A stretch of DNA of 64,000 nucleotides from Takakia lepidozioides (Eukaryota > Plantae > Bryophyta): NCBI GenBank assembly GCA_030704615.1, contig CM060733.1, forward strand, positions 6,634,001-6,698,000. Reading direction: 5' to 3'. Shown here piece after piece: positions 34,293 to 47,057 of this stretch. Every line of letters starts with the position of its first letter. Positions within the stretch are counted from its first letter, which is position 1. A model generated the notes under the pieces. That model was not told the origin of the DNA and did no database searches. It worked only from the letters and a program-made list of their open reading frames with translations. A program made the translations under genes and the position numbers.

Positions 34293-37200
34293 TGTCGCGG
34301 CCCTTTGCCTTGAGGGCAGGGGGTCGGGACACAAGAGGGGCTGCCCCTGTGGTGGGGGCAGTGGCAACAATAGATGCAAGGCTTGAAGCACCCTTGAGTG
34401 CCCAAGGCACTCAAGGAGGCGGAGGCGCTCACTAGGTGGAGCCCCGCACGCCGGGTTGCGGTGGGGGTGGTTCCATGAGGGGTGGTGGTAGATTAGTGGG
34501 TCTTAATGGGGGTGGCATAAGACTCGCTATGGGGCGGAGACCTTGTGGTGGGAGTCATGGGGAGTCTTGGGACTCATCACGGTCCAATGGGGCCGTGGTG
34601 GGTGGGCCAAGACTCACGGCGACTCGTCACCGGGAATCGAGGGTCTTCGTGGTGGTTCGCCATAAAATGGCATGGTTGTTTGTGGAACCCCCGCGGACAG
34701 TCACAAAAGTATATATAGGGAGTAGTAACCCCGAGAACGGTGCAAGCCTGTTGGTGACCAAAAGCTAGTGAGCGAGCGAGCCAGAAAGCGACCAAGGAGT
34801 GTGGAGCTATTCCAGACTGCCATCTACCAAAGGGAATTTCCACTAGGCCCAAATTGGTGGAGGGTCTTTTGGAGGAGCAAAGGGGGATCGTTATGTCCCG
34901 GCGAGCAGCCAAAGCTCCGAGTTGGCCCGGCAGCCAGTTTGGGAGTTAGGCGCGCGCATCAAGGCGAGTAATTATGACTTGAAGGGGAGCTTATCAAAGT
35001 GAGGTGCGCGACACTTGGTATCAGAGCTTAGAGTTTTGTACGCAATCGTCCTTGAGATCGGCCTCATCATGGGGTCGGGCAAGCCAAAGCGAAAGCGGAA
35101 TGGCCCGAAAGATGATGATCCTGGTGAGCTCGATGGGGGTAACGTATCACCAAAGCGGCAATTTGAGGAGACAATTCATGCTTTTGAAAGTGAGGCCGCT
35201 CAAGAACGGGAGGAATCTGGGGAGTCGGAGCCCCGGACTTCCCGGAGGCTCCGCCAGACCAACAGATGTCTCTCAAGCCAGCAACCTTTTGGGAAGGGTT
35301 GTTGGCACAGTTTGGCGGGACGTTGAAAGACGTGTTGAAGGCGGCTAATGTCACTTCCACTAGAACAAGTTTAAGGTGAAGTCTGCAGGATGGACGTCCA
35401 GTGGCTTACGAAAGTAAGAAATTGAATGAAGTGGAGTGATGGTGGCCTACGCACGAGAAAGAAATGAAGGCGGTGGTGCATTGCCTTGAGCTTTGGCGCC
35501 ACTATGTTGGTTCCAACTCGGTGAATGTGTTCACGGACAATGTCACGGTGAAGTATTTTGTCACGCAACCTAAGTTGTCCCTAAAATAACTTAGGTGCAA
35601 GATACTTTGGCGGTGTTCGACGTGGATATCCAGTACAAACCGGGACGGGACAATGTGGTGGCTGATGCTTTAAGTAGAAAGCACCAGCTCATATTGGTGT
35701 ACAGGGGCGAAACGGCGCTCCAAAGGAAGATTCGGAAGGTTTACCGAAAGGATGAGATGGCGAAGTCCGTGATGCGGGACTTGAGGTTGGGGTTTAAATC
35801 GCAGTTCCACTTGCAAAATGGACTGCTCCGGTATAAGCAAAAGCGTCTCTACGTGCCGAAAGGAGGGATCAGAGATAGTCTCTTGAGAGAATGCCATGAT
35901 GGTCCGCTTGCGGGCCATGGCGGAGCCAAGCGCACCGCGGCACTCTTGAAGAAAGAGTATTTTCTAGCCCAAACTGAGGGAGGAGGCCGAGGAGTATGTC
36001 AAGACATGCACCACATGCCAACAAAACCGAAGCGAGTGCGGGACTGTTACAACCCTTGCCGATTCCAAAGGGGTCTTGGGAAAGTGTCTCGATGGATTTC
36101 ATGACTGTTATGCCGCTGTCAAAAGGTTTCAATGCGATCATGGTGGTGGTGGATAGGTTCTGTAAAATGGGCCATTTCATCCCCACCAAGGAGACGGCAA
36201 CGGCACAGGAGACGGGACAACTTTACTTCGCCCACGTCTTCAAGCATCATGGACTCCCGAAGGATATTGTCTTGGACTGCGATCCAAAGTTTACGAATAA
36301 ATTTTGGAGGGCACTTTGGAAAAAGATGGGGACGAGGCTCAAGATGAGCACCGCCTTCCGACCTACGACGGACGGCCAAACGGAAAGAGTGAATTCCGTG
36401 GTGAAGCAGATCTTGCGAAATTACGTGTCGGCAGACCAATCAGACTGGGTGGAGCACTTGGACGCGACAGAGTTCTGTTATAATAACACAAAACACTTTG
36501 CAACGGGAGTTTCCCCTTTCATATTGGTCTATGGAAAAGCACCTCTGGTCCCGACAAGTTGGGCCGCCCAGGATGTTGAGGAACCGGCAGCAGCGGCGGT
36601 ACTGGAAAAACGCGAGCGTTTGTTGAAGCTCGCAAAATACAACATTGCCAAAGCTAGGAAACGGTATGAACGACAAACGAATCGGAAGCGGAGGGAAGTT
36701 AAGTTTGAGGCAGGCACGGAGGTCTGGTTGAACATCAAGAATTTTCTATCTCCGAAAGTGAGTCCGAAGTTCGTACCTCCGTATGCGGGCCTCTTTCGCA
36801 TCCGGAAGGTTATGAATGAGGATGTGTATGAATTGAAGCTACCGACAAACAGCAAGGTGCATCCGGTATTCCACGTCTCCCTTTTGAAACCTTACTTCAA
36901 AGATGAAGCGTGTTCGAATCGGCATCAAGTGTTGCGTCCGCCACCTGTGCTGTTGGATCATGAAATAGAAGGGCTATCATCATGTGGAGGCATCTTGGGT
37001 GTCTGCCTCAGAAATGGGAAACGCATCCGAGGCGGTTGATGGGGACATCAAAAGCGGCAGAAGCGTTGATGGGGACATCAACCTTGGAGCGTGGGGGAGG
37101 AAATGCATGCTTAGCCCGGCTTAGCTTAGCTCAGGAATCCGATTGCAAAAACTTGTATTGTACAAATTTTGTTATAAATGAAATGGTTTCCAAATGTTGT

Positions 37201-38699
37201 GCGTCTTATTTTGTTTGGAATGGTGATGCATGGTATGGTTGGCTAGTGTGTAGAATGCATGCTAGCTTGCAAAAGTGGGAAAGGTAAATTGGATTAATCG
37301 TGTGTTTGCGTAGTGCCGAAATCGGGTGACTCCCATCCAATGGGCAAGGAAACTTGCGCCTTCTTTTGGAGTTCACGTGCTAGTACGCACATGGCGCGTG
37401 CGCGTACTATAACTGCGCTACCGAGGGGGTTGCCATGTAGTGCGGGTTAACGCGGAACCTACGTGCTTCCGTTCACGTACTATAATCGTGTAGCCTCGAG
37501 ACGAAGTCGTAGTGCGGCTTCGGCGTGTTCCCGTACCTCAGGCCATCATTCCAAGGCGGACCCAATTGTAGTGATTGGGGCGCACGGTTGGTTCAAGGTT
37601 ATCTTCCTAGTAAAAAAAGATTCAAGGTGAACCCTTGCTCAAGGTGATGTCAAAAGCGGCATCATGAGCGGTCGCAAGCAATGTTGTTGCAGTAAGGCGA
37701 TTCGATCCTCGGGGAGGATCGTTCATTGGCCTTGAAGTGGGCCAAGAAGAGTGCACTGGGAGGAGCTTGAGAGGCTCCACCTTTGACCGGGACTTGGAGG
37801 AAGTCGGCCGAACTAGCTAATGGAGAGTAAAATCAAGTGTGGGGTTTGGTTCTTTGCCATGGGACGTCGTGGTGCGGAAACAAACTCCTTGATGTGGGAC
37901 GCCACAACTTGGATGTTCGTTTCTATAAAATGGACAAGTCGATTAGGACATCGACTTCCTGTTGGTAGGGGTGTGTGTCGCGGCCCTTTGCATTGAGGAC
38001 AGGGGTCGGGATACAAGAGGGGCTGCCCCTGTGGTGGGGGCAGTGGCAACAATAGATGTGGGGGCTGAAGCACCCTTGAGTGCCCAAGGCACTCAAGGAG
38101 GCGGAGGCGTTCACTAGGTGGAGCCCCGCACACCGGGTTACGGTGGGGGTGGTTCCACGAGGTTGGTGGTAGCTTTAGTGGGTCTTAGTGGGGGTGACAT
38201 AAGACTCACCATGGGGCGGAGACCTTGTGATGGGAGTCGTGGGGAGTCTTGGGACTCATCACGGTCCAATAGGGCCGTGGTGGGTGGGCCAAGACACACG
38301 GCGACTCATCACCAGGAATCGAGGATCTTCGTGGTGGTTCGCCATAAAATGGCATGGTTGTTTGTGGAACCCCCGCGGACAGTCACAAAAGTATATATAT
38401 GGAGTAGTAAACCTGAGAACGGTGCAAGCCCGTTGGTGACCAAAAGCTAGTGAGTGAGCGAGCGAGCCAGAAAGCGACCAAGGAGTGGAGAGCTATTCCG
38501 GACTGCCATCTATCAAAGGGAATTTCCACTAGGCCCAAATTGGTGGAGGGTCTTTTGGAGGAGCAAAAGGGGACCGTTATGTCCCGGCGAGCAGCCGAAG
38601 CTCCGAGTTGGTCCGGCAGCCAGTTTGGGAGTTAGGCGCGCGCATCAAGGCGAGTAACTATGACTTAAAGGGGAGCTTATCAAAGTGAGGTGCGCGACA
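34293..38699 (+). mobile_element. Ty3/gypsy LTR retrotransposon, internally deleted (no protease or RT); LTRs 34293-35013 and 37976-38699
   Basis: LTRs TGTCGCG...CGCGACA, TSD TATTG on both sides, PBS TGGTATCAGAGC (tRNA-iMet) at 35016-35027, purine-rich tract before the 3' LTR. A gag start at ~35059 is followed directly by RNase H and integrase. Confidence 0.96.
35385..37039 (+). pseudogene. RNase H-integrase portion of gypsy pol, with frameshifts and stops
   Basis: GRPVAYESKKL, WRHY, IQYKPGRDNVVADALSR, CHDGPLAGHGG, WESVSMDF, VVVDRF, TDGQTERVN and HPVFHVSLLKP motifs. Confidence 0.9.
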
Positions 38700-38843
38700 T
38701 ATTGGGTCGGGTCCAGAAATTCAATGGGGTCCAAAAAATGGAGTAGTGCAAACAACTCTGTCAGGGTGTTCTGCAGTGGTGTTCCCTTTATCCCCCACAA
38801 CCCATGCATTCAGTGGCTTAGGATCTGCACTCTTGGAAGACAA

Positions 38844-38867
38844 CCCCCCCCCCCCCCCCCCCCCCCC
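38844..38867. repeat. Poly-C homopolymer
   Basis: Uninterrupted run of C. Confidence 0.9.
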
Positions 38868-38980
38868 TCTTATTTCAAGATATCATGGTGTTTATTTGTG
38901 TTAGATGGGAGTGCCTTCAACAGAAACTAGTCGTCAAAAGCATAATGTCACAGCCAGACGGTTCACTTGCATAGTTCTTA

Positions 38981-39428
38981 GAGCCGAGTTCCATGGGCAG
39001 CTGAAGCGCCCCCAGGATTAACGAGGCGTGAGTGGTTGAAATAGCATATTCTTTAAGGGGCGCCCCCACAGATCCGCCCTTTGGGCGAAAAAAGCCGTCC
39101 CTTCACAAGAGGCGATCCGGTTTCACGGCACCCCTAACTGACACCTTTGTCTTTTCCTACAGCGGGCCCGCAGGCTTACAGAATACCATTGATTTCCATC
39201 CACATTAAGTTAGATTTTAGGAGAGAGAATGATTTTTGACATTTCATCCAAAACTTATATTAAGTATAAGTTATTATGTCATGGCCCACAGCAATTGGTG
39301 CCAAAGATTTCTAGAGGGTGTGAATGGAAATGTGTCCATGGAACCACCCCTCTCATTTTTAAGGGGTGATTCCTTTCTGGGGGCGCCCCCTTGGGGGGGC
39401 ACTTGGGAGTGCCCATGGAACCCGGCCC
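38981..39428. mobile_element. PIF/Harbinger MITE
   Basis: TIR GAGCCGAGTTCCATGGGCA / GGGCCGGGTTCCATGGGCA. TTA TSD at 38978-38980 and 39429-39431. Confidence 0.88.
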
Positions 39429-39634
39429 TTACACTGCCTCCCACAGGAACTTACAGTACAAAGACAAAGCACTCATTGATTATTTCTTAACAGAAGACAC
39501 AAGCACTAACAGTGTTCCAAGTGATTATGAGTTTGGTGCAATGTTGTAGGAGTGCCACTGTGTTACAAGCACCTATATGCCTAACCCAATCACTGTAACC
39601 ACTAAACCTACTAATAAGTTGTGGAGTCTATAAC

Positions 39635-40396
39635 CAGTGTTGTGCGGGTACCTGCTTAGGCGGGTTGGAACCGGCAGTTCCGGTTCCGGTTCCTGGGAAC
39701 CGGTTTTGGAACCGGAACCGGAACCGGCGGGTACGGGTTTTTCCAGGAACCGGCTGGGAACCGGAACCGGGGGGTCAGTGGCAGTTCCGGATCCGGTTCC
39801 CGAACTAGGTTTTTTTTTTTTTATTGAGGCCGCAGCAGCGTAGGAGCGTAGGCAGTGGTTTTTTTTATTACACGTTGGATCGTCTCTCGTGTTGGTGAGC
39901 TCTTCCATGAAGGAGTTTTTGAACAGTGAGGAAGTCCTCTTAGATGACAACGAGGAGTTGATTGCATAGGCCGAGTTGTTTGAGATAGAATGATTTCTTT
40001 GTGTACTCTACACACATTGATTTATACTCGCTTACATTGCATTATTATTATTTCATAAATTTGTAGTGTTGTTTCTTTTCAACATGGTCAAAATATTTGA
40101 TATAACTAATGGGGATTCACAAATCATTTTCAGATTTATAAAAACCGATCAAAAATTTAATATATATTTTTAAATTCAAAAAATAGAGAACCGGAACCGG
40201 AAACTAGAACCGGCGGTTCCTTCCCAAAAATACCCGGAACCGGAACCGAAATCTGCTCATGAATTTTGGAACCGGAACTGGAACCGGAACCGCTTCATAA
40301 AAAAGAACCGGATCCAGAACCGGAACCGTCTCTTTAAATATACCAAGGAACCGGAACCGGAGGTTCCTTCAATATGGCAAGAACCGCACAACATTG
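39635..40396. mobile_element. Non-autonomous hAT element with GAACCG subterminal repeats
   Basis: TIR CAGTGTTGTGCGG / CAATGTTGTGCGG. 8-bp TSD TCTATAAC / TCTGTAAC. Arrays of GGAACC at both ends. Confidence 0.9.
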
Positions 40397-40423
40397 TCTG
40401 TAACCTTGTGTTGTAAAGATTAA

Positions 40424-41408
40424 CCCCTAATGGACGAGGCTGTTTTTGGTGGGCCCACTCCAAAACAGCACATACTCTCACGGATGAGGGTATATCTCCC
40501 AGCTAACAAACATCCACATGGATGAACCGTATGAAAGGAAGGCTACCTACCTCATGCACCTGCTGTAAAAATTCCAGCCCATTTCACCGTGTCATTAGGA
40601 AGATTCCAACAAAATGGTAAGCCCTAAATCTGTAGTATACTCCAATTTTAGAGGGGAAAAATAGTTTGACCAGGCAATTTTTCCGAGAATATATTTTTTC
40701 CTTGCAAGACCCCACCCACATTCCAATTCAGAGGCACCTAAAGCATTTTGCCCCAAATTTGCAAAGTAGAATTCCTAAATCTGCATAGGGTTGCTTTGTA
40801 TGGGAAAACAGGGGGGTCAAAGAACACCATTTAGCTCAACTGACCTGTAATTCAGCCATAGGGGTCCAAATTGGCATTGTAACCACAATTGCAACGGTAG
40901 AATTATTCCTTGATTGATTTCCTACTACCTCCAAAAAAGAATTTCTGAATTCTAACCAAAATGCAGGCAGAGATTTCAATTCCTACTTAAATCCCAGCGC
41001 AGGCCAACTATTGCCTGAGCCAGTGATAATTCCGGCCAAAAAAACGGGCCACATCATCAAAACTGATGAAGTCACGGGGCTATTTTGTGTGGGCTCGTTT
41101 TTAGTGGGGCCCCGCCGATACCCGTCGCCGGCAAATGCCGAGACCCCGTCCCATCTGCTTGCCACGTGGTAAAGTCAACCCTGCTGGAGGGCCCCAAACC
41201 ACATGATTTTGGGTACCCCCATGCACTCCAAAAAATTCCTGACGGCTGTCCTTTAGGATTTTTAGGGTGCCATCAACACAGAGGGGCGCAGAATTAAATT
41301 TCCTACATTTTTCATTCAGGGCTCGATTTCATCCGAGTTCATCCCGACAGTTTTCATCCATTCGAAATTTTCAATCGACCCGATTCAGGTCAACTCGTCC
41401 ATTAGGGG
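40424..41408. mobile_element. Non-autonomous piggyBac-like element, copy 2
   Basis: Perfect 15-bp TIR CCCCTAATGGACGAG. TTAA at 40420-40423 and 41409-41412. Collinear similarity to 26072-26860. Confidence 0.88.
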
Positions 41409-41474
41409 TTAACCTGCCAAAAGCTGGTCTAATGCAAAAATATCCACTAGTCAAAAGTTCAATTTCATTTGGAC

Positions 41475-41900
41475 CAGTGTTGTGCGGGTTCTGCCTTTTT
41501 AAGGAACCCACTGGGTCCGGGTGCGGGTTTTTTTTTGGAGCCAAGTCCGGGTCCGGATCCGGGTTTTTGAAATTTGGAAAATCCGGGTCCGGGTTTGTCA
41601 ACACGGACTCGGGTTAGGGTCGGGGTAGTTGTTGGGAAATATTAGCGGGTTCACGGGTTCGGATCCGGGTCCTAATTTATTGATTAAATAAATTAGAAAA
41701 ATAAGATTAATTAGGGATAAATTTATTTTTGGCTGGAAAAAACTTTAAATCCTAATAATGAATTTTATTTTAAGAGACATTCCTTCAAAATATACCATGA
41801 ATATGAATATGTATAGCACGAATAAGAATTAAAATAGAAGTTTGAGTTCCATTTTCTATTTTTTAATATCAATTCTTTAAACATGTTAAGAATAGTAATA
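41475..41900. mobile_element. Truncated hAT-family element, left end only, with GGGTCC subterminal repeats
   Basis: Starts with the same TIR CAGTGTTGTGCGGGT as 39635, followed by repeated CGGGTC/CGGATC motifs. No matching right TIR was found and the end coordinate is approximate. Confidence 0.7.
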
Positions 41901-41914
41901 TGCAACTTGGGAAA

Positions 41915-42958
41915 GTAAATGGGCAGCTTGGGAATCTAGGGGTATCTCGACAGTCAACAATCTATGGGTCAGCTCCCCCCAATCGCTACAGCAAGCTTTA
42001 GGGACCACCCGCCTTAGATCCGGGATTGCTCAAATCATCCTCTCCATCCCAGACACTTGGAAACTGATTCTCAGAGCAGGGCAAGGTGATTTTCATCCTG
42101 GTCAATGGGTTATGCACAATCCTCTCTCTGTACAGGTCTTCTACGTTTCCGTGGTTTCTCATCAATGGTTCAAGGGCTTCTGCTTCACAGCGGACGACCT
42201 CTCCGGACGTCTTTGTCTTTCCAGTCAGGACCTAGTCACAGTCCCTAATCTCAATTCCACCCTGGTTCGTATTTGCCAATGGACCTCCCAGGACAAAGTA
42301 TTCAATCCTACTGCACCCAGAGGTATTAACACCCTTACTTGGCTTAACAAGGGACCCTTCGTCTTATTTGGGAATTCTGGCATTTCAACATTGCAACTAG
42401 ACCCATCACAATGGAAATGGGCTTTCCAGGAAGAGCTCCACCCCCTGTTCTCATACACGGCCAAGATGGGCCTCAGAGCGATGCTCGGTGCAAGCCCTCC
42501 TATCTCAAAATGGGAAGGCAAATGGGCTCATGAAAACTTCAATCAGGAGAACTGGAAAGGGCATTTGGGCAACCATCTGGGATAAGACCAAGCCAGCCAA
42601 AATTAGTGCATTCTTATGGCAAGTGGCAAACAGGGTTCTCAAGGTGGGCCAGTTTCTGAACTACAAAGATGCGCTCCTGTGTCACTGCTGCACAAATCAG
42701 ACAATAGAAACACTAGAACATTGCCTTCTCTACTGTCTGGCACCAGCATCCATCTGGCCGATAGTGCAATGCTTCTATAGCTCCTGGGAGGCATTGCAAT
42801 TTGGATCCATGGCAATCTTACTTAACTATTGCAAAAGCCAAAAATCCAAAGCCACCGACTGCCCTGTCTCTGAGTCTCTCAGAAGCTCGGTACTTTGGAA
42901 CATCTGGAAAAGTAGATGTGCATGGGCAATCAACAATGAGAACACCTCTGTTTCATAG
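41915..42958 (+). mobile_element. L1-clade non-LTR retrotransposon 3' fragment (zf-RVT region)
   Basis: WATIWDKTKPAKISAFLWQVANRVL...CHCC...ETLEHCLLYC...LWNIWKSRC is the typical plant L1 ORF2 C-terminal zinc-binding region. Confidence 0.8.
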
Positions 42959-43029
42959 TTTCATCAATTTGTCTGAAAATCATTACATTGTGTAGATATT
43001 GTAGGTGGTATACAAAAACTAATGTCATT

Positions 43030-44230
43030 TAAGACAAATATGAATTATTTTGAACAAGAGAATAGCAATATGATGCACAGTCATTGAAAAACTACCCAAT
43101 GACATTATTGAGACACCCAATCATGCATCCACTTGATAGTGTTTTGAAAGCCACATTGCACATATGAGCTATGCCATATAGTATGGAGCTGCATGCTTTG
43201 AAGCAATCTGTTTGGTAATCCCATTCCTCACTTCTTGAAAGGTACTGACCCCATCAGCCCTAAAGCACAACAATTTCCCAGCTATACTACTATCTAAAAG
43301 TCCTCCACATTTTCTCAAACCATCCATGATAATTTTTGTCAAGTTAATATCAGCCATGACCCATCCACAATTTTATGAAGGGAGATCATCAAGGAGACTC
43401 TTATCCAGTTGTGCATAATGTAGGCATGTATGCTGATCCAAGAGCCATTATCCACACTTGTCATCTCACAGGTCAGTGCCACATATTTGGCAGTCTTCAC
43501 ATATGACAACAAAACATCATTTCCTTCATTGTACATGAACTCAGCCATTATCCAAGCTGACGTGTCACTCCAATGCATCCTTGGGTTGTTTTGGATCTCA
43601 AGAAAGACAAGCAAACTCCGCATTCTCTCGTACTCACTCATTGGACGTCCACCAAAAAGCACATGCAATATAATAGCAAACTGAACCCTCTTTCTATCCC
43701 TCTCAGTTTTGTTTGTCACAACTACCTTCTCCAAAACAGTGGTAGGAGCACGAGAATAGTACAATGCAACATTTCTTTTGTGCTTGCAATCAGCAGTAAT
43801 GTACCACTCCCATTTCTTTACCTTGTGCTTGGGGCATATCCTTCTCTGCCATCCTCTCATGCTTGATTAGGGTGTCTCATTTGCAGGGGGCCATGACTTT
43901 GGGAGACTAATTGATAGTGGAGCACATCTTGCATCTCACAAGATGAAGATTGTCCTCTGCTGCAAGCTGACCCTCAGCCCATGACAACTTTTCTGTCCAC
44001 TCCAACTGCAACCTTATGGTCTATTCATAGTTAGGTTTGAATTTCTTCAAAGGTACAGAGCCTTGCAAATCATCCTCTTTCTCAAGTCTATCATGTGTAT
44101 CAGAAGATACCACCACAGTTTCATGTGAACTTTGAGAAGAATCTGATACTAATACCACTGATGGTGGGGGTTGTGTGAACCCTTGGAAAAAAACCCCGTG
44201 ACAGAAGACATAGAATGAGTCGAACTGCTG
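43030..44230 (-). pseudogene. hAT (ZNF862-like) transposase fragment
   Basis: KRVQFAIILHVLFGGRPMSEYE, HWSDTSAWIMAEFM, YVALTCEMTSVDNGSWISIHAY, KLLCFRADGVSTFQEVRNGITKQI and APYYMA...HC. Frameshifts and stops are present. Confidence 0.8.
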
Positions 44231-47057
44231 ACTAGAGGACTACTAGAAAGTGCCAGTAAATCTTCAAGTCCAAGACCAAGCATTGGAAAAGCGCAAACTG
44301 GCCTTCTGCATGCCAAGAAGAAGAAGCCCCAAAAGAGACTTGCACATGTGCCTGACTAGGGTTTAAATAAGGAGAAAACGAGATAGATGGGGAGACGAGA
44401 GGGTAGGGTAGGCGCGAAACGGAACGTTGTGGAGATTGTGAAGTGGAACGGGGCGGACGGTGGAGCTGATCAGGGGAGGTGGAGAGAGGCAGCCGAGCCA
44501 GAATGAATCAAGAAGCTATCGATGGAAGTGGAGCCGCATTGCAGAAGACGAACGGACATGTTTCCAGTTGATCTCGGATCTTTCAAATTCCGGGGAGGCC
44601 GAAGAGGAGTCCTCTGTGTCCCTCACAGCAGGGGAGTTTGTCTGCCCATACAGAGGTGAGGTCATCAGAGCAGCGACAAAGGATTCCCTCCTTGCCCCAA
44701 GTGGCGCGGAAGGCAGAGATGAGGGTAGGCAGACGCTGAGGCTTCTTGGCAACTTCTGCACACAGTGTGGCCCACGCCTTTTTAGTAGCAATCAACAGAT
44801 AAAAAGAAAACCAGAGTTAAGATTGCTCATTGGGAACAAATTTTGGCTGCTGCCCGTCCTTTCTTGCTGTCCTGGGGTTGCAGTGGCCCGGGCTTAGAAA
44901 GCCCGGGAAAGATTCACTAGCCCTGGGTAAACTTCCACCAAGTGTTGGCCCCTGAGCACTCCCTGCTACTGGCCCCACTATATTCACAGTATTCCCAGCT
45001 CCAGTTCCTTGAACCTTGGGAAAGATTCTTTACCCTGGGATATGAAGACACCCAAGAAATATTCCAGACAAATATTCCTTGACCCCTTTAACCCTGGGCT
45101 TACATAAGGCAGTTTTCATCCGTCGACCATGTATTCTACATCGCGTATTTTCTAGGTGTCTTGCGTACGAGAGCACTGCCTCTCTCGCCAAACAACAAAG
45201 GCGTCGTTTTTACTGAGCATCCGTTTTCCTTCATGTTTGTTGGATCTCATAAAATGTCTCTTACGAAACGAGGACAGACTCTCTTGAGGACTCCAAAGAT
45301 ACTTGCAAAATACCCCCAAGCAGTTCGACAGAGGTCAAGGAGATAGGCGGAGGGAAAAGCTCAAACATTAAAGCTGCAGTTGGCAAAGCACCACACAAGA
45401 TTTGCCTACATGATGTTATGGCGCACACAGTTTCTTTCTAATAAGAGAAGTGAAGAAAAGATATTTGTAACTGACATGGAGAAGAGGAAGAGTATGTATT
45501 TGTGTATGGCAGCAATTGTCATGTGCTGTGTGTGTGGGGGTTTAGGATTTCCAGATAGAGAGTATACTGTCAAAAAGAGCACAGTTCATTCGGACGGGAC
45601 CGATCAAAGGTGAACTGGAAGTGGATTCTGATAGGCAGAGCCACAAGGGCCTCTGTCCATTAATGCCTGACAAGGTACTCCTTGGCAGTCAGGACAATGA
45701 AAATTCACATCTGCATATATGCGTATCTTTTATATCTTCAGATTAGGAAAGTCTGCGGTTGTCCGTCATTTGTTGATGATGGACTCTGACACTCTAGGAA
45801 CCCGCTTCTGAACATTTGTCAAAGCTGTGAAGAGTTGCCACTCCCTATACAGAAACTGTACGTTAAGTTGCATATAGGGCTATGTTCGGTTGGGAGAAAG
45901 TTTAGAGATGGAGTATCGTCTAGGGAACAGTTTGTCCTGCAACTGAGCTCCCTCATCCACATCTGGGGTAACTTTCTTGGCTTATCCAAAAGTTGTCTGA
46001 TTTGGATTTTATGAGTTCCTTCTGAGTTCTTGGTCTGGAGGACTGTGCTTGGTGTTATGTGCATGCATGGACTCACAAAGTATATCTTAGTTTCCGAAGG
46101 AGGATTTTACGTGCTCAGAGGATCTTAATTGAGGGCCAAAGTTCAGAATTTTGACATTAGTAAATGTCAGCAACGAAGGACTAGCTGACTAGCTTGCAGA
46201 TAGACTGTGTTTGTCTCCTTTATTTGTGTGACTTGTGGTTCTTATTGGCTGGCATTGTGTCAGTTTGTCTTCCTTGAGAAGATATTGCTTAAAAGTTTCT
46301 TAGCACCTTCTTCAGTTCCACACTGTGCCTTGCTTTCCATGCCTTTTCTGCATATTGAAAGCCTAGATGCCTGCTCTGTGCAATTGCATCAATGCAGAGG
46401 AGATACTCAGGATACTCATTGGCACTCAAATCTACCTCTGGAGATCCTAAGTGTTAGCAGAACTGTCTTGCAGGTTGTTCTTGTCTTTGCTCTGGGAAGA
46501 ATCTCAAGACGACAATCCAAATCCCAGTGTCAGGGCCCCTCTTTGCTGGATATGTGTCCCTTATTTGGTGCTCCGATGGTTTTTAGATGCTTTCAAACAT
46601 TCAAGCTGTTTTAAACAAATATGACGTTTGAAGATGTACGGCTGTAAAAGGAAAAACAATTGCCATGTTGGAGTGTCTGATTCATTATAATCCATTTTTC
46701 AAGAAGATTTTGTTCAGCTAGGTTGGGACAGCTCTGCTTTATGTCAGACCTTGTGTTTCACGAAGATTCACCAGCCAGGCAGATGTATTTTTACATGCAC
46801 ATCACAGGTTCAGTGTCCTGTACTTGATACCAGTCTGTGGCTTGAAGGTTGATGGTGCAAGTGACCTTCTTCGAAGATCTGGTCATGTCTCTTGGGTTGG
46901 GAACTTTTGGAGGGGGTCAACTTGCATTGACTGGCCTCACCAACTAAGTTATTTTTCTATGGACATGTTTGTCAAGTAGATGCTTGATTAGTGTTTCATT
47001 CCAGAGCTCCATGCTCGAGAGGGGTTTGATGAGTTTTTGGTGAATTTTTGGCAGATT

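Larger units (their letters stand above)
34179..38785 (-). pseudogene. Isolated CHD/SNF2-family helicase exon (parts 38785-38705 and 34287-34179) split by the LTR retrotransposon
   Basis: After removing the LTR element the exon reads AG|GTPLQNTLTELFALLHFLDPIEFLDP...SQVDFTGGISSRDEGGIQQQVSHIHELLRPR|GTGAG. This matches SNF2 motif III and the helix preceding the LRR motif. One frameshift. Confidence 0.8.

Noticed and set aside
39573-41617. ORFs rich in GSGSG/EPEP/PDPD
   Set aside because: They are translations of hAT subterminal hexamer repeats, not proteins.
44460-45100. 145-aa ORF and CCCTGGG repeats upstream of the hAT transposase
   Set aside because: Probably the element's leader and subterminal region, but no terminus could be defined and the ORF lacks motifs.
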